From an uncultured Planctomycetota bacterium (GTDB lineage: Bacteria > Planctomycetota > PLA2 > JAEUHO01): 64,000 nt of DNA. The stretch is from contig CAVVXN010000005.1 in assembly GCA_963752285.1 (NCBI GenBank), positions 1,088,001 to 1,152,000 of the forward strand, in the 5' to 3' direction. Below are positions 9,322 through 18,149 of this stretch, piece by piece. Made by a program: the position numbers and the translations under genes. Below the pieces are notes generated by a model. The model was not told the origin of the DNA. It saw nothing but the letters and a program-made list of their open reading frames with translations, and did no database searches. Each line of letters opens with the position of its first letter. Within the stretch, counting starts at the first letter, position 1.

Positions 9322-9525
9322 CCCCTGGCGCCCGTCTCCCTTCCGAGCGTCGCACGCTTCGCGTCCGCGAGGTTGCGAAGTCCCTCGGCGTGTCGGAGAA
9401 GGCGGTACGGACGTGGTGCGCGACCGGCGACCTCCAGGCCGTGCGGGTTGGGCCCCGCCTGCTCCTGATCGAACCGAAGGCGCTGGAGCGATTCCTCGAT
9501 CGTCACCGGGGCGCCGGTCCGGTAG
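9318..9525 (+). CDS. Excisionase-like HTH_17 protein (3' end uncertain; TAG at 9523-9525 is out of frame by one base)
   Basis: 'TLRVREVAKSLGVSEKAVRTWCATGDLQAVRVGPRLLLIEPKALERFL'. Confidence 0.75.
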
Positions 9526-9528
9526 GGG

Positions 9529-9558
9529 TTGACACATGGAATACTCCCGTCATACACT
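9529..9558 (+). promoter_or_regulatory. sigma70-type promoter for RHH-integrase operon (leaderless)
   Basis: TTGACA (9529), 18 nt spacer, TACACT (9553). ATG follows 6 nt later. Confidence 0.7.
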
Positions 9559-9564
9559 CCCACC

Positions 9565-9792
9565 ATGCAGCCCCGAAACCCCGACCTGACCATGCTGGCG
9601 ACCCGGCTTCCCGCGACCCTCGTCCGTGCGATCCAAGCGCGGGCGAAGCGGGAGAAGCGGACCGTGACGGACGTGGTGCGGACGGCCATCGCCGCGGGGC
9701 TTCCCGAGGCCCGGTCCGTCGAGGCCGAGGTCCGGGCGCTCCGCCGCGAGGTCGAGGCGCTCCGCCGCGCGATCGAAGGGAGGAAGCCGTGA
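9565..9792 (+). CDS. Ribbon-helix-helix (CopG-like) DNA-binding protein with C-terminal coiled coil
   Basis: 'MLATRLPATLVRAIQARAKREKRTVTDVVRTAI' followed by heptads 'VEAEVRALRREVEALRRAIE'. Confidence 0.65.
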   Translation: MQPRNPDLTMLATRLPATLVRAIQARAKREKRTVTDVVRTAIAAGLPEARSVEAEVRALRREVEALRRAIEGRKP

Positions 9793-10985
9793 AGGCTGTA
9801 CCGCCGAGGCCGGAAAGGCCCGTTTCAGGCGCAATCGTTCTTCGTGGGCGGGATCCGCTACCGCCTTTCGACCGGATGCACGTCCCGGGACGCCGCACGC
9901 CGCAAGGTCGAAGGCATGATCCGCGAGGCCGAGGCCGCGCACGCGGCGGGCGTCGTCTGGAATCGGCCGAAGGCGAAGGAAACCGCGTCCCTCCTCGACG
10001 AGTACGGGGTCGCAAGTCCTTCAGCCAGCACGGACGCACGACCGCGCACGTCGAGCAAACCCTCCACCGGCTCGGCCGCGGACTGGAGGGCGCTCCACGC
10101 CTCGGCGCCGTCAACGCCGACTTCCTCTCCCGCGCGCTCGCCCGGATCGCGGATACCCCGGTCGCGCGGCTCGGACGCGAGCCGGCGGTCCCTTCTCCCT
10201 CGGACCGTGGACGCGTACTGGGTCGCGATCGTCGGGTTCTGCCGTTGGCTCCAGCGGCGCGGCATCCGGGCCGACAACCCCGCGACGCGACTGGAGAAGG
10301 CCGGACGCACGGAGAAGGTCCTCCGTCGTCGCGCCCTCGCGGACGACGAGCTACGCCGACTGTTCGCGGTCGCGCGCTCCCGTCCGTTCGACCTCGCCCG
10401 GGAGGCGCGCGTCCACGCGGGCGTCACACCCGAGGAGGAAGCTTCGGCTCCTCGACGGTGGGCCGCCGCCACGCGCTGGCGTACGTCCTCGCGGGACGGA
10501 TGGGCCTTCGGCGGAACGAGGTCGCCTCGCTCCGGTGGGCGGACGTGAACCTCGACGCGCGCACGCTCACGGTCCGGGCGAAGGTCGCGAAGAACCGACG
10601 CGAGTCCGTCCTCCCATTCTCGACGGCGGACGCCTTCGACGCGTTGCACGAGGCCGGTGGAGACGTTCTCCCGACCGCGAGCGTGGTCGGATCCCTCCCG
10701 ACCGTGCGAACGCTCCAAGCGGACCTAGGCCGGGATCGAGGTCGAGACCGAGGAGGGGCGGGTGGACTTCCACGCTCTCCGGCACACCTGCGCGACGATC
10801 CTCGCGCGGGCCGGCGTGCCCCTCAACTCCTCGGCGACTTCATGCGCCATGCGTCCTACGCGACCACCCGCGCGTACTACCAGCACCTTCGTCTCGCGGA
10901 CCTCCGCGGGGTGGCCGAGGCGGCTGGTGGACAGGCACCCGCAAGCGCCTCTGGGAATGCGCGCTCGGTGGGCACGGGCGTCTAG
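9789..10985 (+). pseudogene. int: Tyrosine recombinase/integrase, split across frames by multiple 1-bp indels
   Basis: Fragments 'YRLSTGCTSRDAARR', 'FCRWL..DNP..RRRALADDELRRL', 'GLRRNEVASLRW..AKNRR', 'DFHALRHT', 'MRHASYATTRAYY' together give the R-K-H-R-H-Y catalytic set. Confidence 0.9.
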
Positions 10986-11047
10986 GTTTGGCGTTGACAA
11001 GGCGGGCCGACGCGGGGAAACCCTATGGCCTCAAGGGAGGCGGCGAA

Positions 11048-11449
11048 TGCGGTACGTCCTGCTCGTGGTCGGGGGATTGGCGCTTGCGTGTGGCGCCGCA
11101 ACGAGAGCCTCGGGGTCGGACGAGCAGGGGGCGGCACTCGCCGATCGAGTCGCGTCCCTGGAATCACGGCTGGCGATCGAGAAGCTTCCGTTGCGACTAC
11201 TTGGACGCCGAATGCGCGGCGATCGAGGCAACGGTCTACGCGCCACGAAACGTCTCTCCTCCGCTACACCTACTTCATCGACTGGTTCACCAAGCCCACG
11301 GAAACCGTGCGAAGCGCTTGGGAGCGGGTGTCGAGGACCATCCCTTCCGCGAAGGCGTCAAGGACGAGGCGGCGGCGGCGGCGGCACGTCGAAAGGCGTA
11401 CGAGGCCAAGGCCACCTGGGAGAAGGCATCGAAGGCTCCCGGACGGTGA
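11048..11449 (+). pseudogene. Small secreted hypothetical protein (frameshifted)
   Basis: GGAGG SD, signal-peptide-like 'MRYVLLVVGGLALACGAATRA' and coiled coil. Plausible continuation in other frames to stop 11449. Confidence 0.4.
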
Positions 11450-11626
11450 GGCGTGGTCCGGCCCACGCCGCAGGCGGGGCCTCGGGGACTGTGCCCCCTG
11501 GTGTGCCCAAAGTTGCACCAAACGAGGGCACACCTGGGGTCCAAAGGGCACTCGGGGGCGCGCAGAGTCTCGCGCGGCTATCGCCGGCAAGCCCCCATTT
11601 CTCGCGGGTTTCCGGGCGTCTGAGAG

Positions 11627-11702
11627 TGGCTCCCCGAGCAGGGCTCGAACCTGCGACCTACGGATTAACAGTCCGCCGCTCTACCAGCTGAGCTATCGGG
11701 GA
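11627..11702 (-). tRNA. tRNA-Asn (GTT)
   Basis: Reverse complement TCCCCGATAGCTCAGCTGGTAGAGCGGCGGACTGTTAATCCGTAGGTCGCAGGTTCGAGCCCTGCTCGGGGAGCCA folds as a cloverleaf with encoded CCA. Confidence 0.97.
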
Positions 11703-11998
11703 GTGCCGTTCGGCTTCGGGCGGAAGATACCACCTGGGGTCGTCCGCGCTTCTTCGCGAGGGGGAGGATGGTAGCTCCGGTTCGGCGTGCCGCAAGCACC
11801 TGCCCCGAGCGGGGTTACGCCGGTCGCGGGGACCCTCCGGACGCCGCGCACGCCGTCCCGGCGGGTCTCGGCGGCCGACCGGTGGTCGCGGGTGGCCGCC
11901 GACTTCGTGCCGGGGCCGGGGGCGCGAGGTCGCCGGAGCGCGCCTCCCGGGAGCGTCGGCGGGGCGTGCGATCGTCGGGGATCCTCTGGGAGTTGCTG

Positions 11999-12358
11999 GT
12001 GCGGGCTGGACACATCGAGGTCTTCGTTCGCGACGTGACCGTGGCGCGCGCGTTCTACGCGTCGGTGCTCGGCTTCGAGGTGTTCGACGTCCAGGGCGAC
12101 GGCGCCTTCGTCTGGCTCCGCCTCGGCGAGCGCGAGATCCTGCTCCGTCCAGGCGCGCCCCCACCGCCCGCCGCGCGCTACCGTGACGCTGCCGTCGGCT
12201 TCGTCCTGTTCACCGACGACCTCACGAAGACCTGCCGCGAGCTCGAAGGGCGCGGCCTCGTCTTTTGCGGAGACGACGGACCCGACTGCCCGACGTTCAC
12301 CGATCCCGACGGCCACTGGTTCCAGCTCGTCGATCCGCGGCAGCACGGGGGCGGCTGA
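11999..12358 (+). CDS. VOC/glyoxalase family protein
   Basis: 'HIEVFVRDVTVARAFYASVLGF..FTDPDGHWFQL'. Confidence 0.85.
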   Translation: MRAGHIEVFVRDVTVARAFYASVLGFEVFDVQGDGAFVWLRLGEREILLRPGAPPPPAARYRDAAVGFVLFTDDLTKTCRELEGRGLVFCGDDGPDCPTFTDPDGHWFQLVDPRQHGGG

Positions 12359-12586
12359 CGGCAACCCACTTCGTGCAGCTCGGTGCGCGCGCCGGCCCAC
12401 CCCTGCGCGCCGGCAACGCCCAGAACGCGCGGCGCGCGGTCCCCTCTCACCCTCTTGCGCGGCAACGTCTCCACGAACCCTTCACGTCGGGCTCACCGGA
12501 AGACGACGGGACGAACGACGCGGGTGCGCGGGCGCCCGCGGAGGGGTGGGGTCGGGGGCTGCTAGCATCGCTACGTCTCCTGCCGA

Positions 12587-14179
12587 GTGCCTCTCGTGGT
12601 GATGCGCCCCCCGCCCCCGCCGCCCAAGGCCGACGAGGCTCCCGGGCTCGCGCCGCCGGACGTCGCCACGTACCTCGCGGCCGTGGACCTCGGCTCGAAC
12701 TCGTTCCACATGGCCGTCGCGCGCGTCGTGAACGGCGTCCCCGTCATCGTGGACCGCCTCCGCGAGCCCGTGCATCTCGCCGCCGGTCTCGGCCCCCGCG
12801 GCACGATCCGCGAGGACGCCCAGGCCCGCGCCCTCGCATGCCTCGAACGCTTCGGCCAGCGCCTCCGCCACATGCCCGTCTCGCACGTCCGTGCTGTCGG
12901 CACGAACACGCTCCGCCGCGCGAAACACCCCCGGCGCTTCCTCCGCGCCGCGGAAGCGGCGCTCGGGCACCCCATCGAGGTCATCTCCGGCACCGAGGAG
13001 GCACGGCTGGTGTACCTCGGCGTCGCCCAGGACCTCGCCGACGACACCGGACCGCGCCTCGTGGTGGACATCGGCGGCGGCAGCACGGAGCTCGTCCTCG
13101 GCGAGCGCTTCGAGCCCCTCGAGGCCCACAGCCTCCACATGGGGTGTATCGACTTCACCGACCGGTTCTTCGCCGACGGCTCGATCCGACGCCGCGCCCT
13201 CGACGACGCCGTCCTCGCCGCCCGCGCCGAGATCCAGACCATCGAGCGCCGCTTCCGAGAACTCGGCTGGGATCGCGCCATCGGATCGTCCGGTACGATC
13301 CGCGCCGCCCAGGACGTCCTCCAGCAGAACGGCTGGAGCGATCAGGGCATCACCTCCGCCGGGCTCCGCAAGCTCCGCAAGGCCCTCCTCGAGGCCGGTC
13401 ACGTGAAGCGACTCGACCTCCCGGGGCTGAAGCCCGACCGGACGCCCGTCTTCCCCGGCGGCTTCGCGATCCTCGTCGCCGTCGTCGAGGCCCTCGCGAT
13501 CGACCGCATGGAGGCCGCGACCGGAGCCCTCCGCGAGGGCGTCCTCTACGACCTCCTGGGTCGCATCCGCCACGAGGACGTCCGCGAGCGCACGATCCGC
13601 ATCTTCCAGGAGCGCTACCACGTGGACCTCCGGCAGGCCGGCCGCGTCGAGCGAAGCGCCCTCGCCTACCTCGAGCAGGTCGCCGACGCCTGGCACCTCG
13701 ACCGCGACACCTCCGCGCTCTTCCTCTCCTGGGCCGCGCGCCTCCACGAGATCGGGCTCGCCCTCTCGTACGGCCACCACAACCTCCACGGCGCCTACCT
13801 GCTCCAGAACAGCGACCTCCCCGGCTTCTCCCGCGACGACCAGGTCCTGCTCGCCGCGCTCGTCGGCGCGCACCGCCGCAAGGTCAGGAAGCGCACGTTC
13901 CGCGGCCTCCCCCCCACGCGCCGTGAGCTCGCCCGACGCCTCGCCCTCCTCCTCCGACTCGCCGTCCTCTCCAATCGCGACCGCAGCCCCGAGCCGCCCC
14001 CGCCCCTCGAGCTCGCCGCGCGGCCCAGCGGCGTCCGGGTCCGCTATCCCCGTACCTGGAACGACGGCCAGCCCCTCACCCGCCTCGACTTCGAACGCGA
14101 GGCCCAGTACCTCCACGCGATCGACCTCGCGCTCACCGCCGAGCCGATCGACGGCGATCCCCCGCCCGGCGAAGCGTGA
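12587..14179 (+). CDS. ppx: Exopolyphosphatase Ppx/GppA
   Basis: 'AAVDLGSNSFHM', 'EEARL', 'DIGGGSTE', 'LREG', C-terminal 'LHEIG'. Confidence 0.95.
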   Translation: MPLVVMRPPPPPPKADEAPGLAPPDVATYLAAVDLGSNSFHMAVARVVNGVPVIVDRLREPVHLAAGLGPRGTIREDAQARALACLERFGQRLRHMPVSHVRAVGTNTLRRAKHPRRFLRAAEAALGHPIEVISGTEEARLVYLGVAQDLADDTGPRLVVDIGGGSTELVLGERFEPLEAHSLHMGCIDFTDRFFADGSIRRRALDDAVLAARAEIQTIERRFRELGWDRAIGSSGTIRAAQDVLQQNGWSDQGITSAGLRKLRKALLEAGHVKRLDLPGLKPDRTPVFPGGFAILVAVVEALAIDRMEAATGALREGVLYDLLGRIRHEDVRERTIRIFQERYHVDLRQAGRVERSALAYLEQVADAWHLDRDTSALFLSWAARLHEIGLALSYGHHNLHGAYLLQNSDLPGFSRDDQVLLAALVGAHRRKVRKRTFRGLPPTRRELARRLALLLRLAVLSNRDRSPEPPPPLELAARPSGVRVRYPRTWNDGQPLTRLDFEREAQYLHAIDLALTAEPIDGDPPPGEA

Positions 14180-14233
14180 GGCGCACGCCGCGCGAAGGGA
14201 CCGCGCGCGGCCCGACGGATTCGCACGTGGCCG

Positions 14234-14335
14234 TGGACCGCGCGTCGCACGTTCGACGTGCGATGCGGATGGACCGCGCGTCGCACGTTCGACGTGCGGT
14301 GCGGATGGACCGCGCCTCACGCGTTCGAGGTGCAC
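14234..14335. repeat. ~3 tandem 36-bp palindromic (REP-like) units between convergent ppx and ppk2
   Basis: TGGACCGCGCG-TCGCACGT-TCG-ACGTGCGA-TGCGGA at 14234, near-identical at 14270, degenerate at 14306. Confidence 0.8.
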
Positions 14336-14374
14336 GGCCGTGCCGCGGTGCCGCGGCGCCGCGGCGCCTCGAGG

Positions 14375-15244
14375 CTACGCCTCGAGCGTCCGGCGAAGGT
14401 CGGCGAAGCGTGCGCGCGCGGCCTCGTCCACCTCGGGGTAGGAGAGCTTCATGTGCTTCAGGGTGTCGCGGACGATCTCGGCCACGGCGAGGCGCATGTA
14501 GGACTTGTGGTCGGCGGGGATCGCGAACCAGGGCGCCCAGGGACGCGAGGTCTCGTTCAGCGCGTCCTCGTACGCCTTCATGTACTCGTCGAAGAACTCG
14601 CGCTCGCGCACGTCACCCGCCGAGAACTTCCAGTTCTTGTCGGGCTCGTCGAGGCGGGCGAGGAAGCGCTTGCGCTGCTCTTCCTTCGAGACGTTCAGCC
14701 AGAACTTGAGGATCACGGTCCCGTTCCGGGCCAGGTGTTGCTCATGCTCCCGGATGGACTCGTAGCGGTGCTTCCAGAGGTCCTCGAGCGCGTGCTTGCC
14801 GGGGAGACGCTCGGCCTCCAGGTACTCGGGGTGCACGCGCACCACGAGCACCTCCTCGTAGTACGAGCGGTTGAACACGCCGATGCACCCGCGCTCGGGC
14901 AGGCACCGCGCGGTCCTCCAGAGGAAGTCGTGGTCGAGCTCCTCCGCCGTCGGCTGCTTGAACGAGTAGACCTCGCAGCCGGCCGGGTTCACGCCCGTCA
15001 AGACCGCACGGATCGTCCCGTCCTTCCCCGCGGCGTCGAGCGCCTGGAAGACCAGCAGGAGCGCGCGGCGGTCATTCGCCCAGAGGATTCGCTGGAGGTC
15101 CGCGATGTCCTTCACCACGGCGTCGAGCTCGTCGCGCGCCTGGTCCTTCTTGGGCACGCCGTGCGGGGGCTCGGTCGAGACCTTTCCGACGCGGAACGAC
15201 CCGTCGTACGGGACCAGATGGACGTGGGGGAAGGCCTCGTGCAT
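14375..15244 (-). CDS. ppk2: Polyphosphate kinase 2 family (class III-like)
   Basis: 'FQALDAAGKDGTI', 'FKQPT', 'HDFLWR', 'FNRSYYEEVL'. Confidence 0.95.
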   Translation of the reverse strand: MHEAFPHVHLVPYDGSFRVGKVSTEPPHGVPKKDQARDELDAVVKDIADLQRILWANDRRALLLVFQALDAAGKDGTIRAVLTGVNPAGCEVYSFKQPTAEELDHDFLWRTARCLPERGCIGVFNRSYYEEVLVVRVHPEYLEAERLPGKHALEDLWKHRYESIREHEQHLARNGTVILKFWLNVSKEEQRKRFLARLDEPDKNWKFSAGDVREREFFDEYMKAYEDALNETSRPWAPWFAIPADHKSYMRLAVAEIVRDTLKHMKLSYPEVDEAARARFADLRRTLEA

Positions 15245-15249
15245 CGGGC

Positions 15250-16200
15250 TCAGGACCGCTTCCCGCTCTTCCCGGGCTTCCCCCCGCCCGAGGGCGACGC
15301 CCCGGCGGGCTCCCGCTCGCCCTTCGGCGGCGACGCCGTCGCGTCGTCCGGCGGGCCCCCCTCGGAGCCCGGGCCCTCCTCTTCGTCGCGCGGGAGGAGG
15401 TAGTCGAGGATCCGCCCGATCTCGTCCTTCAGGTCCTGGCGCTTCACGATGCGGTCGATGTAGCCGTGCTCGAGGAGGAACTCGGCCCGCTGGAAGCCCT
15501 CCGGAAGCGTCTTCTTGATCGTGCCTTCGATCACGCGGGGGCCCGCGAAGCCGATCAGCGCCCCCGGCTCGGCCAGCGTCACGTCGCCCTGCGCGGCGAA
15601 CGAGGCGGACACGCCTCCCGTACAGGGATCGGCGAGCACCGAGACGTACGGGAGGCGCGCCTGGCGGAGCCGCGCGATGGCGGCACTCGTCTTCGCCATC
15701 TGCATCAGCGAGAGCGCGCCCTCGTGCATCCGCGCGCCGCCCGACGTGGCCACGATGATCAGCGGGACCCTCCGCTCGCGCGCGTCGTCGGCCGCGAGCG
15801 CGATCCGCTCGCCCACCACCACGCCCATCGACCCGCCCATGAAGGTGAAGTCGAGCGCGCAGATCGTGACCCGACGGCCGCCGAGCCTACCGCGGCCGGC
15901 AAGCGCCGCCTCGGAGTGCCCCGATTTGGCCTGCGTCTTCTTGAGCTTCTCCTCGTACGGCTCCTTGTCCACGAACCGGAGCAGGTCCCTCGGCTTCACG
16001 TCCTCGCCGAACCCCTCGAACGTGCCGGCGTCGATGAGCTGCTCGATCCGCGTCTGGGCGGAGATCTTGAGGTGGTGACCGCACTCCGGGCAGACGTTCA
16101 TGTTCTGCTCGACGGTCTTGGTGAAGACCATCTTCCCGCACTCGGGGCACTTCATCCAGAGACCGAGCGGGATCTCCTTCTTCTTGCGGAAGAACGCCAT
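15250..16200 (-). CDS. accD: Acetyl-CoA carboxylase carboxyltransferase beta
   Basis: C4 zinc finger, 'FMGGSMG', 'SGGARMHEG..SLMQMAKT', 'GFAGPRVI'. Confidence 0.97.
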   Translation of the reverse strand: MAFFRKKKEIPLGLWMKCPECGKMVFTKTVEQNMNVCPECGHHLKISAQTRIEQLIDAGTFEGFGEDVKPRDLLRFVDKEPYEEKLKKTQAKSGHSEAALAGRGRLGGRRVTICALDFTFMGGSMGVVVGERIALAADDARERRVPLIIVATSGGARMHEGALSLMQMAKTSAAIARLRQARLPYVSVLADPCTGGVSASFAAQGDVTLAEPGALIGFAGPRVIEGTIKKTLPEGFQRAEFLLEHGYIDRIVKRQDLKDEIGRILDYLLPRDEEEGPGSEGGPPDDATASPPKGEREPAGASPSGGGKPGKSGKRS

Positions 16201-16217
16201 CGTCGCCTCCCGGGCTC

Positions 16218-16892
16218 TCAGGCCCCCTCGCCCCGACCCGCGCCGACCTGCCCGCGGAGCGCGCGAATGGCCTCCGCGCGGTCACGCTGCTTGAAGATGG
16301 ACGTCCCCGCCACGAGCACGTCCACGCCCGCCTGGATCGCCCGGGGGGCGGTCTCGGCGTCGATGCCGCCGTCGATCTCGATGTCGCCCTCGTAGCCGTG
16401 GTCCCGGAGCGCCTTCACCTTGTCGAGCACCTCCGGGATGAACGACTGCCCGCCGAAGCCCGGGAACACCGACATGATCAGCACGTACCCGACCTCCGAG
16501 AGCCACGGCCGGGCCCGGCTCGCAGGCGTGTCGGGGTTCAGGACCACGCCGGCCCGCGCGCCCTTCTCGCGGATCGTGGCGATCGCCTTGTCGAGGTCGT
16601 CGGGCGCCTCCACGTGAACGCTCACCCAGTCGGCGCCCGCGTCCACGAACGCGCCGACGTAGCGCGTCGGCTGCTCGATCATCAGGTGGCAGTCGAGCAC
16701 GGCGTCCGTCACCTTGCGGACGCTCTTCACGAGCGGCGGACCGAACGTGATGTTCGGGACGAAGTGGCCGTCCATCACGTCGAGGTGAAGCAGGTCCGCG
16801 CCGCCCTCCAGCACGTCCCGGATCTCGCTCGCGAGCCGTGTGAAGTCGGCGGAGAGCAGCGACGGCGCGATCCGGACGGCGGACGAGATCAC
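16218..16892 (-). CDS. rpe: Ribulose-phosphate 3-epimerase
   Basis: 'IAPSLLSADF', 'HLDVMDGHFVPNITFG', 'PGFGGQ', 'IDGGI'. Confidence 0.97.
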   Translation of the reverse strand: MISSAVRIAPSLLSADFTRLASEIRDVLEGGADLLHLDVMDGHFVPNITFGPPLVKSVRKVTDAVLDCHLMIEQPTRYVGAFVDAGADWVSVHVEAPDDLDKAIATIREKGARAGVVLNPDTPASRARPWLSEVGYVLIMSVFPGFGGQSFIPEVLDKVKALRDHGYEGDIEIDGGIDAETAPRAIQAGVDVLVAGTSIFKQRDRAEAIRALRGQVGAGRGEGA

Positions 16893-17024
16893 CGGGAGAT
16901 CGTACCCGCACGTCCGGAGGCGGGGCGGAATCCGCCTCCCTTCGCGCGCTCGGCGGCGGACGCACGAGAACGCGAGGAGGCGGGGGTCGGGCCCCGCGCC
17001 TCGTCGCGCGTCCGCGCCCGGTCC

Positions 17025-18047
17025 TCAGCGTGTAGCGGCCGCGGGCACGCCGACCGCGAGGCGCTCGAGGAGGTCCGCGCACCGCGAGGAGTAGCCCCAC
17101 TCGTTGTCGTACCACGCGCAGACCTTGGCGAAGGTCCCCATCGAGAGGGTGAGGCCCGCGTCGAAGATCGACGAATGCGGGTCGTGCTGGATGTCGGTCG
17201 AGACGAGCGGGTCCTCGGTGTACCGGAGGATTCCGCGGAGCGGCCCCTCGGCCGCCTTCTTCATCGCGCCGTTCAGCTGCTCGATCGTCGCCTCCCGCTC
17301 GAGCTCCACGGTCAGGTCCACGATGCTCCCCGTCGCCACGGGCACCCGGACGGCGAACCCGTCCAGCTTGCCGTGGAGCGCGGGGATCACCTTCCCCACC
17401 GCGCGGGCCGCGCCCGTCGTGGTCGGGATGATGTTGATCGCCGCGCTCCGCGCCCGGCGGAGGTCCTTGTGGGGCAGGTCGAGGATCCGCTGGTCGTTCG
17501 TGTACGCGTGGATCGTGTTCATGAGGCCGCGCACGATTCCGAACGACTCGTGGACGACCTTCGCCACCGGGGCGAGGCAGTTCGTCGTGCAGGAGGCGTT
17601 GCTCACGAGCCGGTGCTCGGGCCGGAGCGTGTCGCCGTTCACGCCGAGCACGACGAGCGCGTCGAGCTCGTCCTTCGGCGGGACCGTCAGCAGCACCTTG
17701 GAGGCGCCGGCCCGGAGGTGCGCCTCGAGCTGCGCCCGCTTCCGGAACACGCCCGTGGACTCGAGCACCAGGGGCTGATCGTGGTCCTTCCACGGGAGGC
17801 GCCCGGGGTCCGTCTCGGTCCACATCGGGATCCGCCAGTCCCCCACCACGAGGTCCGACCCGTCCGTCGAGACGTCGGCGTCGAAGATGCGCTGCGTGCT
17901 GTCGTACTTGAGGAGGTGCGCCATGGTCTTCGCGTCGCCGAGGTCGTTGACGCCGACCACCTGGAACCTGTCGCGGCGCTCGTAGAGGATGCGGAAGACC
18001 ATCCGGCCGATGCGGCCGAACCCGTTGATGCCGACGGGAATCGTCAT
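17025..18047 (-). CDS. gap: Type I glyceraldehyde-3-phosphate dehydrogenase
   Basis: 'GINGFGRIGR', 'SNASCTTNCLAP', 'WYDNEWGYS'. ATG 18047 with GGAGG SD. Confidence 0.98.
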   Translation of the reverse strand: MTIPVGINGFGRIGRMVFRILYERRDRFQVVGVNDLGDAKTMAHLLKYDSTQRIFDADVSTDGSDLVVGDWRIPMWTETDPGRLPWKDHDQPLVLESTGVFRKRAQLEAHLRAGASKVLLTVPPKDELDALVVLGVNGDTLRPEHRLVSNASCTTNCLAPVAKVVHESFGIVRGLMNTIHAYTNDQRILDLPHKDLRRARSAAINIIPTTTGAARAVGKVIPALHGKLDGFAVRVPVATGSIVDLTVELEREATIEQLNGAMKKAAEGPLRGILRYTEDPLVSTDIQHDPHSSIFDAGLTLSMGTFAKVCAWYDNEWGYSSRCADLLERLAVGVPAAATR

Positions 18048-18149
18048 GGTGCGTGCCTCCGCCGGCCCCCGACCGGGGTCGGCCCTGTCGTACGATCGTA
18101 GGGAGAGGATACCGGCGCTCCGCCGGCCCCCGGAGAGGACCCCGGGCCG

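Larger units (their letters stand above)
1801..11676. mobile_element. tRNA-Asn-integrated element, phage-satellite-like (~9.8 kb)
   Basis: Direct repeat at both ends. Contains integrase, Xis/AlpA-like HTHs, helicase plus iterons, TerS-like genes and a TA-chaperone cargo. No structural genes recognised. Confidence 0.85.

Noticed and set aside
9318..10985. 555-aa Xis-integrase fusion ORF
   Set aside because: Runs through a promoter and the RHH gene as low-complexity sequence and holds only some integrase blocks; best explained by indels
9789..10985. Programmed frameshifting of the integrase
   Set aside because: Too many shifts, no obvious slippery heptamers, and similar indels across the whole element
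1801..11676. Complete prophage or ICE
   Set aside because: Too small; no capsid, portal, TerL, tail, lysis, relaxase or T4SS genes recognised
14234..14335. Mini-CRISPR (36-bp palindromic repeats)
   Set aside because: Units are contiguous with no spacers
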